A DNA stretch of 64,000 bases from Eledone cirrhosa (GCA_964016885.1 OZ024749.1:30194001-30258000), one strand, 5' to 3'; positions 41,301-51,820 are shown, counted from the first letter of the stretch. Numbers and translations are program-made. Notes: a model not told the origin generated them from the sequence alone.

Positions 41301-41788
41301 GAGGGGCTCTACCCGTTCGAGAGAGGCTCTACAGACACGGGCGCCCGGGCAGGGATCCCTCAAAAAAGATTTGCCCTAGATGCGTGCGTCACGAAGAAAC
41401 CGTGGCGCACGCATTGGTGCAATGTCCGGGCGTGGCTGATCTGTGGGGCTACGCCGAACAACTGCTGTCGCGGGTGGCGCCGATTAAATTGACAGCCGAG
41501 TCCGTGATGACAATCAAACCGCCTCCCCTCTTCACAAAGGAAGCAAAGGCGGTTTTTCTGTGCGTAATAGCCATGTTGAAAGAGGTTGTTTGGTGGACAC
41601 GATTGAAAGGTCTGAGGTCAGGCAACTTCCTCTCTGGCCATAGTCTGGTCTACTTCTTCCGATATCACTTCGGAAGAAGGATAAGAATGGAGAGAGAGGT
41701 GCTTGGCCACAGGCAGTTTTATGAAAGGTGGGTGATAGTGGCGAGAATGGCTCGTGTAAATGGGCCTTCTCTGTATACCATCCTGTAG
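38351..41788 (+). CDS. E2 ORF2 protein (1145 aa; APE endonuclease, RT, C-terminal zinc motif)
   Basis: GPGYWKLN, KSPGLDG, RQGCPLS, YADD, KLLGVWF, KGGLG and CPRC motifs typical of L1/Tx1. Confidence 0.96.
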   Translation: MDVLRVGCLNARGLGSTWKQAKLLNDLRSCSINVMVICETRISVMRQLAPTFDDFEVHASLCQPGGGGGVVVLLQKHLGLAVQVVHSDPEGRLLVLDVGSSESAALRLVAVYSPFGAERPDFFQRLETFLGTSRSLLLAGDWNDILDARWDYAGACPNRGGCNSLKGLLDRFNLVDRYRLDFPTVPTWTWRNHSGQSRSYLDRFLVRSKDRDILSCPEMRTVGYTDHKLVTCVVNLEKTHRQGPGYWKLNLSLPAKETYRNRISRLVKERLTGAIVNNRWWASLKREIRTESISYSKMLAANRNRNEKELTGKLEEAIKSEDVARVMASRTALNQFFDAKHEGCVIRSKIRALGNEGAKAVGWARVTEAKSGNRSTIRSLQDEDGRVIREPKQMCEAFQKHFARLFGGGEGPGRGVDFGPYLDGLPRLSNKEAESCEGPISADEIGDALSQCSRRKSPGLDGIPYELYLAMPVFFSELLEAVYCNWQQNGRIPCSVAKGVVTLVRKDENKGDSINNFRPITLLNTELKILAKVLAKRLALVVGGLVGDAQTCAIPSRSIHDNLHLMRYIIERVGNKPGFGGALINLDQSKAFDRVDHGYLDAVLAAAGFGPVFRGWITALHSNHICSRIKVNGYLSKPFEITRSIRQGCPLSSLLYVLTLEPLLRKLELLQGIPLELGLSKAVSAYADDVTVMVSTDSEIEAIGTLLEEYERLSGAKLNREKSIGLQLGTWRGKPMPPDGVVGHWTEGPVKLLGVWFGPDLQVEKNWNEVTNKVFALTQKWAKCKLSLKGRAEVANIYIASVTYYRLTVVPCPKETLTTMERMLFQFLWKKRPPMVRRSICCQQPSKGGLGMPWLMMRRHALRLRHLQVFLTGQPVWAPFVKRAFPRLVSLTELQSWVKQRSGKLGDWHTECAQALRALWQAGRAIGGESTSSFYRGLVASRGDDTLGESLDMEEDELASLFGRTFGPGPMDNFQKSLAWQCYRGALPVRERLYRHGRPGRDPSKKICPRCVRHEETVAHALVQCPGVADLWGYAEQLLSRVAPIKLTAESVMTIKPPPLFTKEAKAVFLCVIAMLKEVVWWTRLKGLRSGNFLSGHSLVYFFRYHFGRRIRMEREVLGHRQFYERWVIVARMARVNGPSLYTIL

Positions 41789-42224
41789 GTAAAGAAGTAA
41801 AGGAGAGGGGAGCACCTTCTCCATGTGCTCCCCGGGCAAAGGATTGCACACTTTTTCGGGGGTGTGTGCAACCCCCATCACGTCCCCTCCCTTTTGAGGT
41901 TATTTTCGATTATTTTCATGTTACACCCTTTTTACTCGATTATATGTAAACTCCCCCTTTGTATTTGTCCCTTCTTTTTATGCCTTTATGGTAAATAAAG
42001 AAATCTATCTATCTATCTATCTTGATAGAGTAAGACACGCTTCGCATCGGCTCCGCTATTCCATCGGGATTTACCCTTACTATTGTAAGTACCGGATAAA
42101 ATTTTTAGTGCAACACATTTGGAACACTAACCCCTGTTATTTAGGGAAACATTTTTGCATTTACCCCCTTTTTAGGGGGTAAAATAAATATCTATTTTTG
42201 CCGAAAAATTTCTTTCTTGGCAGC

Positions 42225-44061
42225 ATGGCGGAAAAGATGGCAGACATGTCTGCCATTAGCTCTGCCACGCCCCCCAAGTCTGAAGAACAAAAAATAATTA
42301 CAACAAAATTAGACATTGAAACAAACAAACAAAATGAAAAAACAAATGTTAAGGAAAATGAGCAAACAGAAAACAAACAAACAGAAAATAATACAAATAA
42401 CGACAGGGCAACTTTCGCCCGGAAAACAAAGCAATCCATTACATACACACCAATTGACCTAACTGCCGCCAGAGAAAAACTGGCCGAAGCAAAGAAACAT
42501 ATTGTTTTGGGGGAGAACGGAATGTTTTCCATTAACTCCCCCCCAGAATTCAAGAAAGCCAGAGCAGAAAACACAGTTATATACAGAACTATACTAAACC
42601 AGTCAAGAAAGCCAGCACAGCCCAGCCAAATGGAAATAGAGTTAGTCCTAAAAGACTATATGAAGAATATTCTCTTCATACGAAAGGACCGACTCTATGG
42701 CAGCATTTCGGTCCTAACAAGAGACAAAGAAACGGCGGTTCAGCTTTCCCTAAGCCCACTCTCGTCGACAACATATAGCTTCTATCCCTCCTACATGGGT
42801 AGAAGAACACAAAGAATAAAAGTAAAAACAATGCTGCCCACAATGGACTTCTGGTGGGCTATTGCTGGCTTCATTGATATGGGCGAAGACACTATGCTGT
42901 CAATGGGGAAGGCAACTGGAGATGCGTTCCTGGGAATGGGCCTCGACATACTAGTCCAAATGAGGCCCGAAAGAATAGCACAAATCCCGGATCGCATCTG
43001 GCTGGATGACCTTACCCCAATAGACATAATTGTAGAGGGGAGAAGACCAGCATGCTATTTATGCATGGAAAGGGGACACGTTAAGGCTAACTGCCCGAAA
43101 CGTATCCCCCAAAAAGGACTATTGCCCACACCCACCACAAACAGTACACCAGCACCACCCACCTCCAAAAATACACTAATACCACACACAGCAAACAAAA
43201 TACAGACACCACCAACCACAAACACAACACAAACATCACCACCACCAGCACCAAACACAAGCACGACACAAAAATCACCACCACCAACCACAACACAAAC
43301 ATCACCACCACCATTACCAACCACAAGCACGACACAAACATTACCACCACCACCACCACAAAACCCATTCCAAACAAATAATAAAAAAAACAGTAACAAA
43401 TCTACCCCTCCCGCAAAAAAAAAACAACCACACAACACGTCCCTCCCACCTAGCGCTGAAGAGTTTCCCCCAACTTCTGAAGAAGAAGGAGGAGAAGCCT
43501 TCAGACAAGTTAAAAGGAAAAAAAGAAAACACACACCCAGCACACCACAAATAACCCACACACAAACACCAACTCCAATCAAAAACACCCCACCCTCAAC
43601 AAACAAAAATAAATCTGCGCCTCCCCTCTCCGAAACATTGACAGCATCACAAAAAAAGACGTTGCAATACACATATATAAATAAAGAAAACAAAAAACTG
43701 GTTAAATTAATAAACAATAACCCTATGGTGCAGACCGAAGGGCCAAACTTTATCTCAACAGAGAACTTCACCCATTTAAAAATGATAAAGCTCCCTCTGG
43801 ACCTTTATCGTTCCTTAAAAGAACAATTTAGACGGGACGTGAGCCCCCCCCTGTTTAAAACCGTTGAATCGCGTCCTCTTGAAAGATTTCCCCATAACCG
43901 CCCCTCTCCCTGACACAACTCCAAATACCCCAACCCCACCACACACGTGTACCCCCACACCACCACAAAACATCCCTCCACCCAACACACCTGATGCCAT
44001 GGAAATTACGCAACCCGGAGAGGTAAGTGCTTTTCTTTCTTCACTTTCAACACCAAAATAG
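42225..44061 (+). CDS. E3 ORF1, with an apparent +1 frameshift in the C8 run at 43844-43851
   Basis: CYLCMERGHVKANC; the conserved NRVLLK.FP C-terminus continues in the frame of 43864-44061. Confidence 0.8.
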
Positions 44062-47000
44062 ATCAATTGAGAGTTGGCTGTTTGAACGCGCGTGGCCTGA
44101 GCTCAGCTTGGAAGCAAGCAAAGCTTCTAAGTGACCTCAGGTCACAAAGTATAGATGTGATGGTTGTTTGCGAGAGTCGGATCAGCAGCGTGAGACAGCT
44201 GGCGCCCGCCTTCGATGACTTTGAGATGCACGCATCTCTCTGTCAACCCGGAGGCGGGGGGGGGGGGGGAGTTGCCGTACTGCTGGATAAACGTCTGACT
44301 CTCGACGTACAGATTGTTCACTCAGACCCGGGGGGTCGATTACTGGTGCTGGACGTCGGAGGTGGTGAAGGCGGGGCTTTCAGACTGGTTGGTCTTTATG
44401 CTCCCTTCGGGGCGGAGAGAGCCGACTTCTTCCAACGTCTGGAGACTTTTCTAGGAACGTCGCGTTCCCTGCTTTTAGTGGGGGACTGGAATGGAATCCT
44501 AGATGCGCGTTGGGACTATGCAGGGGCATGTCCCGATAGAGGGGGGTGTAGCAGCCTCAAGGGGTTACTCGATCGATTCGACCTGGTCGATAGATTTCGA
44601 CTAGATTGTCCAACTGCGCCAACCTGGACCTGGGCAAACCGCAGTGGACAATCTAGATCGTACCTAGATAGGTTTTTGGTTAGGAGTAAGGATAGGGACG
44701 TATTTAGTTGTCCAGAACTGATCATGGTTGGCTATTCAGATCACAAATTAGTGACCTGCGTGGTCAACCTTGATAGAACGCATAGACAGGGTCCCGGTTA
44801 CTGGAAGATGAACTTGTCCTTACCGACAAAGAAAGATTACAGAAACCGGATTAGTAGCTTAGTTAAGATGCGGTTGACGGGAGCGATCGTCAACAGTAGG
44901 TGGTGGATATCTCTAAAGAGAGAGATTAGAGTAAGTTCGATAGGTTACAGTAAGGAACTAGCGGCGAATAGAAATAGGAGGGAAAGGGAGTTAACAGATA
45001 AACTAGAAGAGGCGATTAGGAGCGGAGACGTAGCCAGAGTGTTAGCGACGAGAACGGCATTGAGCCAGTTCTTTGACGCGAAGCACGAAGGCTGCGTTGT
45101 CCGAAGTAAAATACGTGCTTTAGGAAACGAGGGGACCAAAGCTGTTAGCTGGGCCCGCGTGACAGAAGCCAAGAGTGGGATTAAATCCACCATTCGGTCT
45201 TTGCGAGACCAGGATGGACGGGTGATCCTTGAACCTGAGCGAATGTGCGAGACCTTTCAAAGGCACTTTGCTCGACTGTTCGGAGGTGGCGGAGGGCCGG
45301 ACGGGGATGTGGACTTCGGTCCATACCTCGACGGTCTACCGCGTCTTTCGAGCGGCGAAGCGGAGTGCTGCGAAGGGCCAATCACAGCCACTGAAATCGG
45401 GGAAGCGCTCAGCCAATGCAGCAGACGCAAATCCCCGGGTCTCGATGGTCTACCATACGAACTTTATTTAGCTATGCCGGTCTTGTTCTCCGAACTCCTC
45501 GAGGCTGTCTATTGCAACTGGCAACAGAACGGGAGAATTCCCTGTTCTGTGACCAAGGGCGTGGTCACGCTAGTGAGGAAGGACGAGAGCAAAGGGGACG
45601 ACTTAAGTAACTTTAGGCCCATAACTCTGCTGAATGCAGAGTTACAGATTTTGGCCAAGGTGTTGGCGAAGAGGTTGGCGCTTGTGGTGGGTGGTTTGGT
45701 GGGAGACGCGCAGACATGCGCTATCCCGTCCAGGTCCATTCACGACAACCTCCACCTCATGCGATACATCATAGAGAGGGTTGGCTACGAACCCGGCTTT
45801 GGTGGGGCCCTGATCAACTTGGATCAATCTAAGGCGTTCGATAGGGTCGACCATGGTTACCTGGATGCGGTGCTAGCGGCGGCGGGCTTCGGACCCGTTT
45901 TCAGGGGCTGGATTTCTGCCATGCACAGTGGCAACATCTACTCTAGGATTAAAGTAAACGGCTACCTCTCGGAGCCGTTTCAAATCACCCGATCCATCAG
46001 ACAGGGGTGCCCCCTCTCCTCCCTTCTGTACGTATTGACTCTCGAGCCACTGCTGCGGAAGTTGGAGTTGCTGCGGGGCATACCCCTGGAACCGGGATTG
46101 CACAAAGCGGTCTCGGCCTATGCCGACGACGTAACAGTAATGGTGGCGGACGCCTCGGAAATCGGGGCGATCGCCACCCTACTGGAGGAATACGAAAGGC
46201 TGACGGGGGCTAAGCTGAACCAGGACAAGTCAGTCGGTTTGCAACTCGGAACGTGGAGGGGCAAACCGATGCCGTTAGACGGTGTCGTCGGGCGGTGGAC
46301 GGAGGGCCCGGTGAAGCTGCTCGGGGTCTGGTTCGGACCGGACCTCCAGGTGGAGAAGAATTGGGGCGAGGTGACGAGCAGGGTGTTTGCGCTGACCCAG
46401 AAGTGGGCCAAGTGCAAACTATCACTGAAAGGTCGGGCGGAGGTGACGAACGCTTACATAGCGTCCGTCATCTACTACCGCCTGACCGTCGTGCCTTGCC
46501 CCAAGGAAAAGCTCACCATCATGGAACGCATGCTCTTCCAGTTCCTCTGGAAGAAGCGGCCTCCCATGGTGAGGAGATCCATCTGCTGCCAGCACCCTTC
46601 GAAAGGAGGGCTGGGTATGCCGTGGCTGTTGATGCGTAGGCACGCATTGAGGCTACGGCATCTACAGGTATTCCTCAACGGTCAGCCGGTGTGGGCCCCG
46701 TTTGTGAGGCGAGCCTTCCCACAGCTCGTCTCGCTCACCGAACTGCAATCCTGGGTGAAGCAAAGACCGAGAAAACTGGGCAACTGGCACACTGAGTGTG
46801 CCCAGGCGCTCACGGCTATCTGGCAAGCGGACCCGACTGTCAGTGGAGAATCCACCTCGACATTCTATAGAGGGTTGGTGGCTAGCAGGGGCGACGACAC
46901 CCTTGGAGAGTCGCTAGGCATGGAGGAGGACGAACTGGCCAGCCTGTTCGGTAGAACTTTCGGCCCGGGACCCATGGACAACTTCCAGAGGTCCCTAGCC

Positions 47001-47501
47001 TGGCAGTGTTACCGGGGGGCTCTGCCCGTTCGAGAAAAGCTCTACAGACACGGGCGCCCGGGCAGGGATCCCGCGAAAAAGATCTGTCCCAGATGCGTGC
47101 GCGACGAGGAAACCGTTGCGCATGCACTGGTACACTGCCCGGGCGTTGCCGATCTGTGGGGTTACGTCGAACGACTGCTGTCGCGTGTGGCGCCGATTCG
47201 ATTAACCGCCGAGTCTGTGGTGAACATCAAGCCGCCTCCTCCCTTCAGAAATGAAGCAGAGGCGGTCTTTCTGTGCGTAATAGCCATGATGAAAGAGGTT
47301 GTGTGGTGGACGCGCCTGAAAGGTCTGAGGTCGGGTGACTTTCTCTCCGGCCATCACCTGGTTTACTTCTTCCGATACCACTTCGGAAGAAGAATCAGGA
47401 TGGAGAGAGAAGTGCTTGGTCCCAGACAGTTTTATGAAAGGTGGGTGAAAGAAGCGAGAATGGCCCGTGTAAATGGGCCTTCTCTCTACATTGTTCTGTA
47501 G
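44058..47501 (+). CDS. E3 ORF2 (open frame; ATA at the position of the start ATG)
   Basis: ATA GAT CAA TTG AGA versus E2 ATG GAT GTG TTA AGA; all EN/RT motifs intact. Confidence 0.88.
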   Translation: MDQLRVGCLNARGLSSAWKQAKLLSDLRSQSIDVMVVCESRISSVRQLAPAFDDFEMHASLCQPGGGGGGGVAVLLDKRLTLDVQIVHSDPGGRLLVLDVGGGEGGAFRLVGLYAPFGAERADFFQRLETFLGTSRSLLLVGDWNGILDARWDYAGACPDRGGCSSLKGLLDRFDLVDRFRLDCPTAPTWTWANRSGQSRSYLDRFLVRSKDRDVFSCPELIMVGYSDHKLVTCVVNLDRTHRQGPGYWKMNLSLPTKKDYRNRISSLVKMRLTGAIVNSRWWISLKREIRVSSIGYSKELAANRNRRERELTDKLEEAIRSGDVARVLATRTALSQFFDAKHEGCVVRSKIRALGNEGTKAVSWARVTEAKSGIKSTIRSLRDQDGRVILEPERMCETFQRHFARLFGGGGGPDGDVDFGPYLDGLPRLSSGEAECCEGPITATEIGEALSQCSRRKSPGLDGLPYELYLAMPVLFSELLEAVYCNWQQNGRIPCSVTKGVVTLVRKDESKGDDLSNFRPITLLNAELQILAKVLAKRLALVVGGLVGDAQTCAIPSRSIHDNLHLMRYIIERVGYEPGFGGALINLDQSKAFDRVDHGYLDAVLAAAGFGPVFRGWISAMHSGNIYSRIKVNGYLSEPFQITRSIRQGCPLSSLLYVLTLEPLLRKLELLRGIPLEPGLHKAVSAYADDVTVMVADASEIGAIATLLEEYERLTGAKLNQDKSVGLQLGTWRGKPMPLDGVVGRWTEGPVKLLGVWFGPDLQVEKNWGEVTSRVFALTQKWAKCKLSLKGRAEVTNAYIASVIYYRLTVVPCPKEKLTIMERMLFQFLWKKRPPMVRRSICCQHPSKGGLGMPWLLMRRHALRLRHLQVFLNGQPVWAPFVRRAFPQLVSLTELQSWVKQRPRKLGNWHTECAQALTAIWQADPTVSGESTSTFYRGLVASRGDDTLGESLGMEEDELASLFGRTFGPGPMDNFQRSLAWQCYRGALPVREKLYRHGRPGRDPAKKICPRCVRDEETVAHALVHCPGVADLWGYVERLLSRVAPIRLTAESVVNIKPPPPFRNEAEAVFLCVIAMMKEVVWWTRLKGLRSGDFLSGHHLVYFFRYHFGRRIRMEREVLGPRQFYERWVKEARMARVNGPSLYIVL

Positions 47502-47781
47502 GTGAAGAAGTGAAGAGGAAAGGGGGAGCGCCTCCTCTCTGGGCTTCCCCCGCGAAAAGAGTTGCACACTTTTCGGGGGTATGTGCAATCCCCAACACGC
47601 CCCCTCCCTTTTGAGGACTTTTTATTGTTATATTATTATTGTTATTCCTTTTTCTTTACTCGATTTATGTAAACTCCCCCACTGTGTAAATGTCCCCTTC
47701 TTTTGTGCCCTCGTGGCAAATAAATAGAAATTTATCTATCTATCTCTTTACTGACATACCTCCCTATCTATCCATATATCT

Positions 47782-48033
47782 TGAAAGACCAAGGGAGCAC
47801 CCTTTCTCTGTGCTCCTGAGGAAAAGGGTTGCACACTTTTTTCGGGGGTGTGTGCGACCCCCCAAGGCGTCTCCTCTCTATTGAGGATTTTGTTATAAAT
47901 TTTATTCTGTTATATTTTATTTTATTTTTATATTTTGTTATTGCCTCCTCCTTATTGAGGACGCCTTGTTTTGTAAACTCCCCCCTTTGTACTTGTCCCA
48001 CTTTTGATGCCCTGGTGGCAAATAAAAGAAACA
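47782..48033 (+). mobile_element. 3'UTR-only Tx1 fragment of the E1 subfamily
   Basis: Near-identical to 35923-36176; TATC repeats on both sides. Confidence 0.92.
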
Positions 48034-48088
48034 TATCTATCTATCGATCTATTTACTGACATGCCTGTAGCGAATAGGGTCACGTCCA

Positions 48089-49025
48089 TGTAACTGTTAA
48101 GATGTATTCTTCGCAGGATGAATGATAAAAAGAATGATGAAGGATTGTGATGTTGTTGACAATGTTTATTCTACAATATAATAGTCAAATTCACTCGAAA
48201 ATTGAGAAATAAAAACGTGACACAATTATCACTACATTAGTTGTTTTACTAGCTACTTCCAGCTAGCGTAAATACACACCAAGAATGTGTATGTGTTGTT
48301 AAGTCAATAGTGTTAGTAAATGCATGTATCAAAGAAAACGATACAGTAGAAGTTGTGTGTTGTACTTTATAGTAGTAGAGTATGACAGGAAGTCAAAAGG
48401 ATAGACAAAGTGTATAAGGGAACAATAGACGGAAACCTACTTTGTATGCGTTAATCCCTAGCAAACGTGGTTTCTATAGTAGTGGTCTGTCCATCTCTCT
48501 AATTCACTGTCTGTCTGTCGAGCGAGTAAGAAATGTGAGAGAATAGTAGCTAGAATACTCTATTCGTGAAGAGAATCCATAGTGTTAGTAGAAGGGTTCT
48601 TCTGTCGTCTGTGTTAGCCAGTATCCCTGATTCGGTCCTCGAAGCGCTTGTATTTATAAGAATACTATAGCTAGAAGAATATGTATATGACTTTTGAGAA
48701 AATAGCCAGACTATCTGCCTATCGTCTGTCAAGTGTCTGAGGTCACAGGTCAAGTGGTATAATTTATAAGACAACAGTATATAAGACAGTGGTATATATT
48801 TATCATAGTTGTCTTTTGATAGCACAATAGTAAGAACAGTTAACTATAGGTGGTTATAGAGGCGAGAATTTTTAGATTCGATTTCGAATCTTCGCCAGGC
48901 AAAATATAGAAGAATTTAGTTACATACCTATATATCTGCCCTAACCACTGGGTTATTCGCAATCTCTAGAAACCCAATCTTTAATGCGCTAACCACTGGG
49001 TAATTTTCAATCTCTATACGTAAGT
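48089..49025 (-). repeat. Old dispersed repeat X (homolog of 23935-24771)
   Basis: Block similarities as listed for 23935; on the minus strand it ends GTTACA followed by TGG. Confidence 0.5.
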
Positions 49026-49913
49026 TAGTGGTGTAATTCACCACTATATCACCAATATGTGGTGTATCATATTTACTTGAATTTCAATCGCCAACAAAAA
49101 TGTTCGCTTTTCAATATTTAAAATCAATGATTGATTGTGGCATAATGTTCCCCCAGGGCCGCACATATGATGGAAGGCCACTCAATAAATCAAAAATAGG
49201 AAATAATGAATATCGGTAATATTTGTAAATCTGCAAATTCTTGACTTTCGTTAATTCTGCAAAGGAAGGTGAATAGTAATTTAAATCTCTATTGAATTAT
49301 AAAATTGAGTTAATAGAATTTTATTATTCAGGAGGGCGAAGCATATTGTTTTATTAAGTATTGATTTATCATATATGTTCAATATGAAATATCGATTCCT
49401 AGATTCCGAGTATTCACTATTCATACAAAATGCCGCATATTTTTGGTGGCTACTATAATCAATCAGACCCGTCTCAATATATATAGACGGGGCTGGTTTT
49501 TTATTGATCTCGAGGTAGGGGTTGGCGTTGGGTGTTCAAATGTAAATATGGCTTCAATGACTTTAGAACAATAATGAAGATCTTAATGTATTCATTAATT
49601 CGAAGTGTGTATGTTCAGTGTGGTGAGGTGGGGTCGGGTTGGGTGATTTCTGAGTGTCAAAATAGTGGAATAGACTGTGAGGCCAGGCAGGATAACCTGA
49701 TTACCTTTAGAACTGAAATACCTGAGACATATTTACTACCTTTACAATCTTCTCTGACAAAATATATTGTCCGACTGAAAAGAAGTGAAGGAATAGAAAG
49801 GTCTCGAAATTGAAATATACGGAATAAGGAGCATAAAAGTAAAAACCCATGACAAAATTTATTCGAGCACTGTATGTATGTGTGTGTATGTATATGTGTA
49901 TGTCTGTATATAC

Positions 49914-50324
49914 CCGGGAGAGATGACCCCTTAGCCTTTGTCAAGGCAGAATTCTAGGAGAAGGAAAACTCTGATATAACACCTGCAACCCTGATGGTAT
50001 CCAATGATGTTGACTTGTTCTTCTTTTTGGTAAATATCATCTTGGTTAAGAGAGTGGGACTGGCTTTGTGCAGTGCCTTTGCTCACTATAAAAGCTTCAC
50101 AGCACAGGCATTGCTTTATATCTGGAGATCTCTCTGCACTTGTCATCACATAGTACCATGGGCCCTGCACTATGTGTCAATAATGGTCACAAGTGTAGTC
50201 TTTGTACCAGAGTTTTCAAGTCGCTGGCTGGACTAAAAAGTCACATTCGTTCAGCGCATCGGTAGGGGTTCTCCTACATGGATATAATGTAGTGGCCGTA
50301 CTCGAAAACGAGTTGGCAGCCACC
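49914..50324 (+). mobile_element. 5'-truncated family R element
   Basis: Matches the 3' two-thirds of 20309-20915; TATG/TG-rich flanks. Confidence 0.8.
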
Positions 50325-50327
50325 ATG

Positions 50328-50397
<70 letters not shown>

Positions 50398-50614
50398 AGT
50401 GTGTTTGTATGTGTGTGTGTTTGTGTTTTTATGTGTGTGTGTATATGTGTGTTTGTGTTTGTGTTTGTGCGCGTATATGTTTGTTTGCGTGTTTGCGTGT
50501 GTGTATGTGCAGTGTTTGTGTGTACGTGTCTGTGTGTTTGTGCGTGTGTTAGTGTGTGCATGTTTGTGTGTGTGTGTGAGTGTGGGTGTGTGTGTGGTTG
50601 TGTGTGCTTGATCT

Positions 50615-50800
50615 CCGCCGGTTCGGACGCTGGTTTCTCCTGGTTCTGTAATCAACGGAACAGCCTCCTCGTCAAATTAACGTGTAACTGGTTGATTATT
50701 CCATAGACACGTGTTCCAATAACCTAATTCCCAGGGGACAACAAGACACAGTGTGCCCATGGTACACTGGACCTTCGAATTATCGATATAGCTAATGTTT
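50615..50800 (+). repeat. Degenerate dispersed repeat, homolog at ~57900-58120 (-)
   Basis: CTCGTCAAATTAACGTGTAACTGGTTGATTATTCCATAGACACGTG versus reverse complement CTCGTGGAAATTAACGCGAAAGTGGCTGAGCGTTCCATAGGCCCGTT. Confidence 0.5.
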
Positions 50801-51465
50801 CCTATCCGTATCGCATTGAACAACATGAAATAAATTATTTTGTTCAAGTACACAACACATCGCCAGTATAATATTTCATTCTTTATGTGCCAGCTAAATC
50901 CTTCAAATGTTACCCTCATAAAATTCAGAAGTTTAGAAATGATAACACAATTATCGAATTTATATAAATAATATATAAATAACCAGCAAATAATCCTGAA
51001 ATCTGGAGTCTTCACCCTAATATTATAAATTAAATATTTTCAAATTTAACCGTTTAACTTTCAAAATATATTCCCCCACCCCACTTTATTTTTCCCATCT
51101 TTATAAATCCTTTTCCAGTGAATATCATTGGCTGTTATGATTCATGAGACGTTTTCCTACATATATCGTAGTATCATACACTTTAAAACTTTTAGAACAG
51201 TTACAGTATGCAACGTTCGTTATTACTCACACATTCTCTAATGAATTTATTACGTTTTCGTATCTTCTCATAAATAGGATATAAGTAAAATTTTCTCTTG
51301 ATTAAATCTTAACCATTGATTAAATCTTAACCATTGATTAAATCTTAACCATTTAACATCTCAGGGTATGTTATGTATTATTATATTTTGTCTGATGAGG
51401 ACGTAGTGTTGTACATCCGAAATATGTATAATAAAATGTAATTGATCAAAAGAACAATACTTATA

Positions 51466-51675
<210 letters not shown>

Positions 51676-51820
51676 TATATATACATATATTACTATATAT
51701 ATACATATATATATATAGTAATAATAATAAATTTGAAGACTAAAATCCAAAGAGGGCTCGATAAGGATAAATATATATCAAATATATAAGAACCGTAGAG
51801 CAAATATTTATTAAAATAAC

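Larger units (their letters stand above)
36206..42003 (+). mobile_element. Full-length Tx1-like element, copy E2, both ORFs intact
   Basis: Bounded by (TATC)n at 36177-36204 and 42004-42022. Confidence 0.96.
42023..47730 (+). mobile_element. Full-length Tx1-like element, copy E3
   Basis: (TATC)n on both sides; AATAAA at 47719. Confidence 0.95.

Noticed and set aside
44023-44061. Intron fusing E3 ORF1 to ORF2
   Set aside because: Only 39 nt, and removal stays in the ORF1 frame, reaching TGA two codons later
32292-47598. Antisense and alternative-frame ORFs inside the Tx1 elements
   Set aside because: Shadow frames of GC-richer coding sequence; their recurrence reflects ORF2 conservation
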